From NCBI GenBank assembly GCA_965662885.1, contig CBFIJI010000002.1, positions 2,096-66,095 of the forward strand: 64,000 nt of DNA, written 5' to 3'. The translations under genes and the position numbers were made by a program. The stretch comes from Flavobacteriaceae bacterium (GTDB taxonomy: Bacteria; Bacteroidota; Bacteroidia; Flavobacteriales; Flavobacteriaceae). Positions 28,718 through 38,919 of this stretch are shown here, one piece after another. The notes under the pieces were generated by a model. That model was not told the origin of the DNA. It saw nothing but the letters and a program-made list of their open reading frames with translations, and did no database searches. Position 1 is the first letter of the stretch. Each line of letters starts with the position of its first letter.

Positions 28718-30241
28718 TTAATGTTTAAAATGCCGTATTCCTGTAAAGACCATTGCAACATTATTACTGTCACAAAAATCGATGGACAATTGGTCTTTAA
28801 TTGACCCCCCGGGCTGAATAACTGATTTTATTCCTTCATTAGCAGCGATTTCTACGCAATCGGGAAATGGGAAAAAGGCATCGCTAGCCATAACGGCATC
28901 CGTTAAGTCAAAGCCAAACGATTTTGCTTTATTAATGGCTTGATATAAGGCATCAACTCGAGAGGTTTGCCCGGTACCCGAAGCCAGTAATTGATTGTTT
29001 TTTGCGAGAACAATCGTATTGGATTTGGTGTGTTTACAAATCTTGGACGCAAACAATAAATCATCCACTTCTTCCTTAGTGGGTTGTCGTTTGGTTACCT
29101 GTTCTAAGCCTTCTGAAGTATCTGTTTTGAGGTCTTTCCCTTGTGTCAGATAGCCATTCAGACAACTTCTAACAGAATTGTTAGGTAATTGAATACTTTT
29201 CTGTAGTAATAGGATGCGCTTCTTTTTTGTTTTTAAAAGGGTCAGTGCGGCAGGCGAATACGATGGTGCGATAATTACCTCACAAAATAGGGAATGAATT
29301 GCGGTTGCTGTAACTTCATCAATTTCTTTATTGGTTATAAGTACACCTCCAAAAGCCGATACTGGATCTCCAGCTAATGCATCTTGATAAGCCTCCAAAA
29401 GTGAATTTCTTACAGCAAAACCACAGGCGTTGTTGTGTTTTAAAATAGCAAAAGCAGGTTGCCCTTCATAAAACTCCAAAATTAAGTTGACCGCAGCATC
29501 AATATCCAAAAGGTTATTGTAAGAAATTTCCTTGCCATTGAGTTGATCAAAGAGTTCATTTAATGGACCAAAAAAACGCCCTTCCTGATGAGGGTTTTCT
29601 CCATACCGAAGGGGAGTAACTTCACCAACACTAAGTTTTAAGTTTTTTTCTGTTTGATTGAAATGGTTGTAAATGGCAGCATCGTAATGTGAAGAAGTAT
29701 GAAAAGCTTTTACTGAAAAGCGTTTTCTGTCGGCCAGAATGGTGTGACCATCATGTGCTTTTAAAAGGGATAAAAACTCCCCATAATCCTCTTTATTGGA
29801 AACACAAAAGACCTGATTAAAGTTTTTTGCAGCAGCACGAATCAAGGCAATACCTCCAATATCAATTTTTTCAATAATTTCTTCTTCTGACCCACCTGAA
29901 GCAACCGTCTCCTCAAAAGGATAGAGATCGACAATTACAAGATCTAATGGGGGTATTTCATAGGTTTGGAGTTCTTTTTGATCACTCTCTAATCCACTCC
30001 GATTCAAGATCCCTCCAAATACTTTTGGGTGAAGTGTTTTAACTCGTCCACCTAGAATGGATGGATATCCAGTAAGGCTTTCTACCGCAACAACTGGGTG
30101 TCCTAAGTTTCTAATAAACGTTTCTGTTCCTCCGGTAGAGTAGAGGGTAACCCCATTTTGGACGAGGTAATCGATAATAGGCTCTAAGCCGGTTTTATTA
30201 TAGACAGAGATTAGTGCAGTTGTAATTTTTTTAGTTTCCAT
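28718..30241 (-). CDS. purH: bifunctional AICAR transformylase / IMP cyclohydrolase
   Basis: 507 aa with an MGS-like N-terminal domain (ALISVYNKTGL, KTLHPKVFGGIL). The C-terminal region contains VIQPGGSIKD. Confidence 0.9.
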   Translation of the reverse strand: METKKITTALISVYNKTGLEPIIDYLVQNGVTLYSTGGTETFIRNLGHPVVAVESLTGYPSILGGRVKTLHPKVFGGILNRSGLESDQKELQTYEIPPLDLVIVDLYPFEETVASGGSEEEIIEKIDIGGIALIRAAAKNFNQVFCVSNKEDYGEFLSLLKAHDGHTILADRKRFSVKAFHTSSHYDAAIYNHFNQTEKNLKLSVGEVTPLRYGENPHQEGRFFGPLNELFDQLNGKEISYNNLLDIDAAVNLILEFYEGQPAFAILKHNNACGFAVRNSLLEAYQDALAGDPVSAFGGVLITNKEIDEVTATAIHSLFCEVIIAPSYSPAALTLLKTKKKRILLLQKSIQLPNNSVRSCLNGYLTQGKDLKTDTSEGLEQVTKRQPTKEEVDDLLFASKICKHTKSNTIVLAKNNQLLASGTGQTSRVDALYQAINKAKSFGFDLTDAVMASDAFFPFPDCVEIAANEGIKSVIQPGGSIKDQLSIDFCDSNNVAMVFTGIRHFKH

Positions 30242-30247
30242 TACACA

Positions 30248-30727
30248 TTAAGATATCATTTCAATAGTTGTGTAGGTTTTAGTAATCAATTGACAAACAC
30301 TTTCTAAAAAGGCTTCATCCTCTGGGGTAAACGTATTTAATGAATGGGAATCAACATCAATTTGACCAATATTTTTTCCTTCTATAAAAATAGGAATTAC
30401 AATTTCAGATTTAATATCAATTCCACAAGAAATATAGTTGTCCTGAGCTTTCACGTCTGGTACAACAAAATTACTGTTGGAAACGGCTACCTGACCGCAA
30501 ATTCCTTTTCCAAACGGGATTTCAGTATGTTCGGTAGGTACTCCTGCAAATGCTCTAAGATGCAGTGTTTTTGTTTTAAAATCAGAAAAATAAAAACCCA
30601 CCCAATCGTAGTTTTTAAGCTCTTTCTGTAGGAGTTCACAAATCTCTCTAAGCCCTCGGGTGGCATCTGGGAATGAGGAAGTGAGCAGTGTTTTAATTTC
30701 TGTTAATAGGTCAGAGTATGTTTTCAT
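30248..30727 (-). CDS. GAF-domain protein resembling free methionine-(R)-sulfoxide reductase
   Basis: 159 aa with GKGICGQVA and ISCGIDIKSEIVIPI. These resemble the fRMsr/YebR cysteine motifs (GKGxCG, IACDxxSxSEIVxP). Confidence 0.55.
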   Translation of the reverse strand: MKTYSDLLTEIKTLLTSSFPDATRGLREICELLQKELKNYDWVGFYFSDFKTKTLHLRAFAGVPTEHTEIPFGKGICGQVAVSNSNFVVPDVKAQDNYISCGIDIKSEIVIPIFIEGKNIGQIDVDSHSLNTFTPEDEAFLESVCQLITKTYTTIEMIS

Positions 30728-30803
30728 TTTTCAAAAATAGTTAAATTACCGATTTTCAAAGGGTTATTAAATGGCAATCAATCCATTAAAAAAATTGATG
30801 TTA

Positions 30804-30832
30804 TAAAAAAATCCTGCCATCTGGCAGGATTT
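30804..30832 (-). terminator. rho-independent terminator after groEL
   Basis: Stem atcctgcc / ggcaggat (30811-30830) with loop atct. On the minus strand it is followed by a T-run (plus-strand A-run 30805-30810). Confidence 0.8.
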
Positions 30833-30853
30833 TAATGGGATAGGATGTGTTAA

Positions 30854-32506
<1,653 letters not shown>

Positions 32507-32785
32507 TTATACAATTGCGAGTATATCGCTTTCTTTCATTATTAAATAGTCGGTGCCTTCAAACTCCAATTCTGTTCCAGCGTATTTTCCATACAAAACG
32601 TTGTCACCTACTTTTAAGGTTACTGGATTTTCCTTTGTCCCATCACCAACAGCGACAACCGTTCCTCTTAAAGGCTTTTCTTTTGCTGAATCAGGAATAA
32701 TAATTCCAGATGAAGTTTTTGTTTCGATAGCAGTAGGCTCAATCAAAACCCGATCTGCCAAAGGTTTAATGTTTATGTTACTCAT
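32507..32785 (-). CDS. groS: co-chaperonin GroES
   Basis: 92 aa beginning [12 protein letters not shown], with a mobile loop ([17 protein letters not shown]). Confidence 0.95.
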   Translation of the reverse strand: MSNINIKPLADRVLIEPTAIETKTSSGIIIPDSAKEKPLRGTVVAVGDGTKENPVTLKVGDNVLYGKYAGTELEFEGTDYLIMKESDILAIV

Positions 32786-32906
32786 GATATTAGATAGATT
32801 TTTTTAAAGGTTATTTCAGAAACTGTGCCACCCATAAAAAGGTGTCAATTTGAAAAAATTGAATGTCATACTGTCAGTCAAAAAGGAAAGCCAAGCTGTT
32901 TGCAGC

Positions 32907-33266
32907 TTAGTTTTCATCACTTTGAACAGGAATTTCGGGAATCTCTTCGGTAGTCGATGGAAGGGTTTCTGGGATATTTTGTTCCGTGGGAGTAGTTTCC
33001 TGTATCAATTTTGAATCAGAAACATTATTATTGGAAGAAAGTGTTGCATTTGAAATTAAGATTAAAACAAGTAGTAAACTTGCCAAAATCCATGTACTTC
33101 TATCGAGGAAGTCGGTTGTTTTCTGCACACCACCCATTTGTTGAGTTCCACCCCCTCCAAAAGAAGAAGATAATCCTCCTCCTTTAGGATTTTGAACCAT
33201 CACAACGAGGATCAGTAAGAAGCATACCACGATGATCAGGCTTATAAAAATGTAAAATATACTCAT
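32907..33266 (-). CDS. secG: preprotein translocase subunit SecG
   Basis: 119 aa with two TM helices flanking the Gly-rich loop NPKGGGLSSSFGGGG. It carries an acidic Pro/Thr/Glu-rich C-terminal tail. Confidence 0.8.
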   Translation of the reverse strand: MSIFYIFISLIIVVCFLLILVVMVQNPKGGGLSSSFGGGGTQQMGGVQKTTDFLDRSTWILASLLLVLILISNATLSSNNNVSDSKLIQETTPTEQNIPETLPSTTEEIPEIPVQSDEN

Positions 33267-33270
33267 TTGA

Positions 33271-33987
33271 TTATTCTTTCTGTTGTTGTCTTTTTTTTAT
33301 TTCTTCAATTTGGTCTGCAAAGAAACCATTTTTTTCCGGATATTTCAAGCGTAGAATTTCATATGCTTTAATCGCTTTCCGATACTTTTTTTGCTTGATA
33401 AAAACTTTGGCTAGGGTTTCTGTCATCAATTCACTATTTGACGCCCAACTTTCCGAACTCAAATCAACTCTATTATAGTCTTTTTTAGGGCTTTCTATTT
33501 TTGGACTTTTGGCTAAAAAAGTATCAAATAATTCGATTTTTTTATCAATGGTCAGCTTCCCTTCATCGGGATTTACTTTATTTTCATTGATATGTCGCAC
33601 CCAATCCAAAAACCTCATTTCTAGTGGGGCTTTTTCTGCTTGCAGGGTATTATCTTTAACTCCTTTGTTGATCGAATGATCTGGATTATCCACATGTTCT
33701 CCATTAGATTCCTCTTTTGTGGAAACTATTTCCCTTCTTGGAACAGGATTGTTAATCCATCGATGGAGCAACGATCGGTCATGGGTCATACTGGCTGTTT
33801 GTTGCAGCAAAAAAGAATAAAAATCTGGTTGGTGATGGTTTATTCCTTTTAAGAGATAGACCATTGCTGGTTGGAAAAAGGGATAGTCTTCGATTAATTT
33901 CTTAAAATCTTCAAAATCCTCCTTAAAGGCTGGCTTAAATTGGTCGAGACGATTGATAAATTTTTTTGCATCCATTTTAGCTACCAT
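33271..33987 (-). CDS. hypothetical cytoplasmic protein with one C-terminal TPR-like motif
   Basis: 238 aa without a signal peptide. The C-terminal segment ETLAKVFIKQKKYRKAIKAYEILRLKYPEKNGFF looks TPR-like. The start could instead be the Met at 33975. Confidence 0.55.
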   Translation of the reverse strand: MVAKMDAKKFINRLDQFKPAFKEDFEDFKKLIEDYPFFQPAMVYLLKGINHHQPDFYSFLLQQTASMTHDRSLLHRWINNPVPRREIVSTKEESNGEHVDNPDHSINKGVKDNTLQAEKAPLEMRFLDWVRHINENKVNPDEGKLTIDKKIELFDTFLAKSPKIESPKKDYNRVDLSSESWASNSELMTETLAKVFIKQKKYRKAIKAYEILRLKYPEKNGFFADQIEEIKKRQQQKE

Positions 33988-34502
33988 TTGGCAAGGGTAT
34001 CGTTAAAGATGTCTTGAGTAATACGGTCAAAAATTTCTTTATGAGCCGTGTCAATGATATCGTACACTTGTTGTTCAGCGGGAAAATCAAAATAAAAAGA
34101 GTAGCTCTTATTAAAGTCATCTTCTTCCTTTTTTGTATTGAAAAACCGAAAAGCCACACTCATGGTAAGTCGGTTTTGGGCAGCTGTAATTTTTGAGGTT
34201 GCTGACATTGGTTTAACACTGTATTCAGTAATTTCTCCTTCGTAAATAAGGTCACCACTATTGTTGACAAGACTTAAATTGGTTTGATTTAGTAACAAAT
34301 CTTGAAGGGCGATTGTAAAATCTTGATCCAGCCCAGGTTCTACAATGGAGCCTGGTCGGTTTCCAGCCTGATTCTCAAAGTAGTTCACTTGAAATGTTTT
34401 TGTTCCTGGGGGAATGGAAGCTCCTGTAAATGAATAGATACCACAAGCGTGGAGAGTCATTACTAAAATCCCTGCCAAGATTAAAAAGACTGGTTTATTC
34501 AT
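33981..34502 (-). CDS. lptE: LptE-like LPS-assembly lipoprotein
   Basis: 173 aa with a lipobox (LHACGIYSFTG). The size is typical of Bacteroidota LptE family proteins. It overlaps the upstream activator gene by 8 nt. Confidence 0.6.
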   Translation of the reverse strand: MNKPVFLILAGILVMTLHACGIYSFTGASIPPGTKTFQVNYFENQAGNRPGSIVEPGLDQDFTIALQDLLLNQTNLSLVNNSGDLIYEGEITEYSVKPMSATSKITAAQNRLTMSVAFRFFNTKKEEDDFNKSYSFYFDFPAEQQVYDIIDTAHKEIFDRITQDIFNDTLAKW

Positions 34503-35772
34503 TTTCTAAGTTATTCATGTCGTATTGCTTTATTTTTCGATAAAGCGTTCTTTCCGAAATCCCTAATTCCTTTGCAGCCAATTTACGCTTTCCTTGGCTT
34601 CTAATCAATGCTTGTTTAATCATTTCTATTTCTTTTTCTAAAAGTGACAAGGGTTCTTCCTCATCAACAGTTTCAGCGTATTCGTATTTATCAATAATTG
34701 GAGATGGAGGGCTTACAGGAATAGGGTTATTGTCTTCAACGGTAATGGGTTCATAAGAGGGCATCCCTAGACTTTCAGGTTCTTTTTTGCCGTATATTTT
34801 TTCAATGAGTCCTTGATTTTTTTCTTTTGCTACATCCAGATCGTTGTTTTTAATCAAGTCCAAGGTTAGTTTTTTAAGATCGTTAAGGTCATTTTTCATA
34901 TCGAAAAGTACCTTGTACAAAATTTCTCTCTCGGATGAAAAATCGCCCTTTTCTTTTTCCTTGGAAATTACCGCAGGTAATTTTGAACCCATTTCGGGGA
35001 GATATCCCCTTAAAATAAGTGCATTAATTTCTCGTTCTTTTTCAAGAACAGAAAGCTGTTCGGCAACATTTCGAAGTTGTCGAATATTTCCATTCCATCT
35101 GTATTGTTTCAATAAGGCTTGCGCTTGTTCGTCAAGTCTTAAAGTGGGCATATGGTATTTTTGGGCGAAGTCGGAAGCAAACTTGCGAAACAATAGTGTG
35201 ATATCTTCTTTTCTGTCGCGGAGTGGAGGTAGGTATATTTCAACTGTGCTCAGTCGGTAGTAAAGATCTTCTCTAAATTTGCCTTTTTCAATGGCCTCTC
35301 CCATGTTCACATTGGTAGCTGCAACGATGCGTACATTTGTTTTTTGAACCTTTGATGAACCTACTTTTATAAATTCTCCAGTTTCTAAAACCCGTAATAA
35401 TCGAACCTGAGTAGGTAAGGGTAATTCACCCACTTCATCTAAAAAAATAGTTCCGCCGTCAGCCACTTCAAAATATCCAGAACGGGTTTGTGTTGCACCA
35501 GTAAAGGCTCCTTTTTCGTGTCCAAACAATTCACTGTCAATAGTACCCTCTGGAATAGCTCCACAGTTTACAGCAATGTACTTGGAGTGTTTTCGATGGG
35601 AGTACTGATGAATGATTTTCGGAATATTTTCTTTTCCAACACCGCTTTCTCCAATCACTAAAACCGAAATATCAGTAATGGCCACCCTAAGCGCTTTTTC
35701 TAAAGCCCGGTTGAGTCCAAGATCATTACCAATAATTCCAAAACGTTGTTTTACACTCAGTAGCGATTCCAT
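34495..35772 (-). CDS. sigma-54-dependent transcriptional activator (AAA+ plus Fis-type HTH, no receiver or sensor domain)
   Basis: 425 aa. The AAA+ domain starts within about 20 residues of the N-terminus (Walker A GESGVGKE) and carries the sigma-54 contact loop GAFTGA. The C-terminal HTH is LAAKELGISERTLYRKIKQY. Confidence 0.9.
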   Translation of the reverse strand: MESLLSVKQRFGIIGNDLGLNRALEKALRVAITDISVLVIGESGVGKENIPKIIHQYSHRKHSKYIAVNCGAIPEGTIDSELFGHEKGAFTGATQTRSGYFEVADGGTIFLDEVGELPLPTQVRLLRVLETGEFIKVGSSKVQKTNVRIVAATNVNMGEAIEKGKFREDLYYRLSTVEIYLPPLRDRKEDITLLFRKFASDFAQKYHMPTLRLDEQAQALLKQYRWNGNIRQLRNVAEQLSVLEKEREINALILRGYLPEMGSKLPAVISKEKEKGDFSSEREILYKVLFDMKNDLNDLKKLTLDLIKNNDLDVAKEKNQGLIEKIYGKKEPESLGMPSYEPITVEDNNPIPVSPPSPIIDKYEYAETVDEEEPLSLLEKEIEMIKQALIRSQGKRKLAAKELGISERTLYRKIKQYDMNNLENE

Positions 35773-35785
35773 AATCGTTTTGTTT

Positions 35786-37276
35786 TTAAATTGTTTTCGA
35801 AATACCTTCCGCTTTTCCGATTAGCGTTGCAGAAGTACACTCTGTAATGGTAACATCAACAAATTCTCCAACTTGATAGGCTTCTTTGGGAAAAACTACC
35901 ACGGTATTTTGTGTCGTTCTTCCACTCCATTGCTCATCCGATTTTTTGGAGGTTTTTTCAATCAATACACAAACAGTCTGCCCTAAATAAGATTGTGTTC
36001 TAAAATGACTGTGTTCTCTTTGTAAGCTAATAATTTCACTTAAACGTCTTTTTTTAACAGCTTCAGGAACATCGTCTTCTATTTTTCTAGCGGCTAAAGT
36101 CCCAGGGCGTTCCGAGTAAGCAAAAGTAAAGCCATAGTCGTATTTAACATACCGCATCAAACTTAACGTATCTTGATGGTCTTCTTCTGTTTCTGTTGGA
36201 AAGCCAGCGATCATGTCATGTGAAATTCCGCAATTGGGAATAATCTCACGGATAGAATCAATCAATTTAAAATAGTCTTCACGGTCGTGCAAACGGTTCA
36301 TTTTTTTAAGAATTCGATTGCTGCCTGATTGGACAGGAAGGTGAATGTAGTTACAAATATTATTGTATTTAGCCATAACATGTAAAACAGCGACGGACAT
36401 ATCTTGTGGATTGGAAGTGGAAAAACGAATTCGCATCTTGGGTTGTGCTTCTGCAACCATTTTAAGCAAGCTGTCAAATTTAATTGCCGTTTTTTGTTGT
36501 AAAGTACTTGCCTTCTCAAAATCTTTTTTTAGTCCGCCACCATACCACAAATAGCTATCTACATTTTGTCCTAAAAGCGTAATTTCTTTATATCCTTTGG
36601 CTGCTAATTCGTGGATTTCTTCCATGATACTTTTTGGATCGCGACTTCGCTCTCGCCCTCTTGTAAAAGGGACAACACAAAAGGTACACATGTTGTCACA
36701 GCCACGTGTAATGGAAACAAAAGCACTTACTCCATTGGTGTTTAAGCGAATGGGCGCAATGTCTCCATAGGTTTCTTCCTTTGATAGAATCACATTTACC
36801 GCTTCACGTTCGGCTTCTACTTCGTGCAGCAAGTTGGGTAAGTCTTTATAAGCGTCCGGTCCTACAACCAAGTCAACAATTTTTTCTTCTTCCAAAAACT
36901 TGTGTTTTAAACGTTCGGCCATACAGCCTAAAACTCCCACTTTTACTTGTGCATTTTCTTTTTTTAAGGTGTTAAAATATTCTAAGCGTTTACGAACGGT
37001 TTGTTCCGCTTTCTCACGAATAGAGCAGGTGTTGACCAAAACCAGAGAAGCATCGTTTAAATTTGAAGTAATTTGATAACCCTCTGTTGTAAGAATGGAA
37101 GCAACCACCTCACTATCTGCAAAATTCATTTGGCAGCCGTAGGATTCAATAAAAGCTCTTTTTTTATTTTCTCCTTTTTTTGTTGCTATAACTGACGGCA
37201 TGACAGTACCGTTATGCTGGTAGGGCTCTTTATTTTCTATTCTCTTTTCTTTTAATATTTCTTGGTTTTCCTTCAT
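35786..37276 (-). CDS. miaB: tRNA-2-methylthio-N6-dimethylallyladenosine synthase
   Basis: 496 aa with UPF0004 motif ESYGCQMN, radical-SAM motif CDNMCTFCVVP and a C-terminal TRAM domain. An alternative start at the Met at 37201 would remove a 25-aa extension. Confidence 0.85.
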   Translation of the reverse strand: MKENQEILKEKRIENKEPYQHNGTVMPSVIATKKGENKKRAFIESYGCQMNFADSEVVASILTTEGYQITSNLNDASLVLVNTCSIREKAEQTVRKRLEYFNTLKKENAQVKVGVLGCMAERLKHKFLEEEKIVDLVVGPDAYKDLPNLLHEVEAEREAVNVILSKEETYGDIAPIRLNTNGVSAFVSITRGCDNMCTFCVVPFTRGRERSRDPKSIMEEIHELAAKGYKEITLLGQNVDSYLWYGGGLKKDFEKASTLQQKTAIKFDSLLKMVAEAQPKMRIRFSTSNPQDMSVAVLHVMAKYNNICNYIHLPVQSGSNRILKKMNRLHDREDYFKLIDSIREIIPNCGISHDMIAGFPTETEEDHQDTLSLMRYVKYDYGFTFAYSERPGTLAARKIEDDVPEAVKKRRLSEIISLQREHSHFRTQSYLGQTVCVLIEKTSKKSDEQWSGRTTQNTVVVFPKEAYQVGEFVDVTITECTSATLIGKAEGISKTI

Positions 37277-37344
37277 TATACCTTAAAAACAATAATGCAG
37301 CAATTTAATTTAACGATTTCAACTGCAATTTTCAAACCGCATTT

Positions 37345-37352
37345 CAAAAATA
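37345..37352 (-). promoter_or_regulatory. -7 box (TATTTTTG) upstream of miaB
   Basis: Exact TAnnTTTG on the minus strand, 69 nt upstream of the ATG at 37276. Confidence 0.35.
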
Positions 37353-37475
37353 CAAATGTTTTGCCATTTTGTCAGTAGCACCAGAATAAAAAAGGAGATT
37401 TTGATCCTTGAATAAGCCTATTTTACTCCTACCATATTTTAATGTCTATGATTGGTTACTGACTGTGTTTAAATG

Positions 37476-38888
37476 TTAACGAAGCGTACTCGGGCATGGG
37501 GTTGTGATTGTTGGTATCCCTTCCTCTTTAATGGCTTTAAAGCCTCCTTTGATATCAATTAGATTATGAATTCCCCGTTTTTTTAAGATGGAGGCGGTAA
37601 TAACACTCCGATAGCCTCCAGCACAATAAAGGTAAAATGGTTCCTCTTTGGGGAATTCCTCTAAGTGCTCATTGATAAAATCCAAGGATGTATTTAGGGC
37701 CTCAGGAATCCGTTCTGCATTGAATTCTCCTGGCTTTCTAACGTCAAATATAGCAGGTTTTTTTTCTTTAATAAGGGTTTTTAAAGCGTCAGTTTCAATC
37801 CCTTCGATGCTATCTGTTTCTTGACCAGAAGCAACCCAAGCAGGAAAGCCTCCAGAGAGATACCCCAATGTATTGTCAAAACCGACTCGAGCTAATCGGG
37901 TGATGGTTTCTTCTTCCTTGCCTTCTGGAGTAACCAATAATAAGGGTTGTTTTACATCGCCAACCAATGCGCCTACCCAAGGAGCAAAACTTCCATTGAT
38001 ACCGATAAAAATTGACTGTGGAATGTGTGCTTTTGTATAGTCATCTTGATTTCTTACATCCAGTATTAACGCGCCATTTTCCGATGCCATTTTTTCAAAA
38101 TCGTTGGCTTTGATTGCTTGTGATCCCTTTTCTAAAATCGCATCAATATCTTTATAACCCTCTTTATTCATCTGAACATTTAAAGGGAAATATTGAGGGG
38201 GAGGCAAAAGGCCTTCTGTAACTTCTTTAACAAACTCTGCTTTGGTCATGTCACTGCGTAAAGCGTAGTTTGTTTTTTTCTGTTGCCCAATGGTTCCCAC
38301 GGTTTCCTTACTTAAGTTTTTGCCACAGGCAGATCCTGCACCATGAGCGGGATATACAATAACTTCATCCGACAAGGGCATAATTTTTGTTCGAAGACTT
38401 TCATAAAGTAGTCCTGCCAATTCCTCTTGGGTCATGTGCGCTGCCTTTTGAGCCAAGTCAGGTCGGCCTACATCACCCAAAAACAGCGTATCACCGCTAA
38501 AAATAGCATGATCTTTCCCTTGGGCATCTTTTAAAAGATAGGTAGTGCTTTCCATGGTATGGCCGGGAGTGTGCAAAACAACAAAAGTTAAGGCTCCTAA
38601 TTTAAATTCTTGTAGGTCTTTAGCAATGGTAGCTTCAAAGGCTGTTTTTGCATTAGGACCAAAAACTATAGGTGCTCCGCTAACTTTGGATAAGGTCAAA
38701 TGGCCACTCACAAAGTCTGCATGAAAATGGGTTTCAAAAATATATTTGATTTTGGCCTTGTTGTTTTTTGCCTTTTCAAGATAGGGACTAACTTCTCTTA
38801 AGGGATCAATAATGGCTACTTCTCCTTCACTTTCTATATAGTAAGCGCCTTGAGATAGACATCCGGTATAAATTTGTTCAATTTTCAT
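37476..38888 (-). CDS. persulfide dioxygenase-like MBL domain fused to two rhodanese domains (CstB-like)
   Basis: The MBL motifs are ETHFHADFVSG, HTPGHTMES and FSGDTLFLGDVGRPDL. The middle rhodanese-like domain lacks a Cys loop. The C-terminal rhodanese has the active-site loop YCAGGYRS. I chose the MKIEQIYTG start (38888) over the ORF-track start at 38936, which overlaps the SulP gene. Confidence 0.75.
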   Translation of the reverse strand: MKIEQIYTGCLSQGAYYIESEGEVAIIDPLREVSPYLEKAKNNKAKIKYIFETHFHADFVSGHLTLSKVSGAPIVFGPNAKTAFEATIAKDLQEFKLGALTFVVLHTPGHTMESTTYLLKDAQGKDHAIFSGDTLFLGDVGRPDLAQKAAHMTQEELAGLLYESLRTKIMPLSDEVIVYPAHGAGSACGKNLSKETVGTIGQQKKTNYALRSDMTKAEFVKEVTEGLLPPPQYFPLNVQMNKEGYKDIDAILEKGSQAIKANDFEKMASENGALILDVRNQDDYTKAHIPQSIFIGINGSFAPWVGALVGDVKQPLLLVTPEGKEEETITRLARVGFDNTLGYLSGGFPAWVASGQETDSIEGIETDALKTLIKEKKPAIFDVRKPGEFNAERIPEALNTSLDFINEHLEEFPKEEPFYLYCAGGYRSVITASILKKRGIHNLIDIKGGFKAIKEEGIPTITTPCPSTLR

Positions 38889-38919
38889 TTTGTTTTTTTT
38901 TACTGCATTTAGCATGGTT

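Noticed and set aside
32817-32831. The sigma-54-like motif TGGCACAGTTTCTGA lies on the minus strand 32 nt upstream of groES, with a TTGACA hexamer just upstream.
   Set aside because: The -24 half (TGGCAC) is perfect. The invariant GC of the -12 element is replaced by GA (TCTGA instead of TTGCA). I treat it as a chance half-site unless start-site mapping says otherwise.
37351-37366. TGGCAAAACATTTGTA lies on the minus strand upstream of miaB and resembles a -24/-12 promoter.
   Set aside because: The -12 element reads TTGT, not TTGC. Its 3' part overlaps an exact housekeeping -7 box (TATTTTTG at 37345-37352), which explains the region better.
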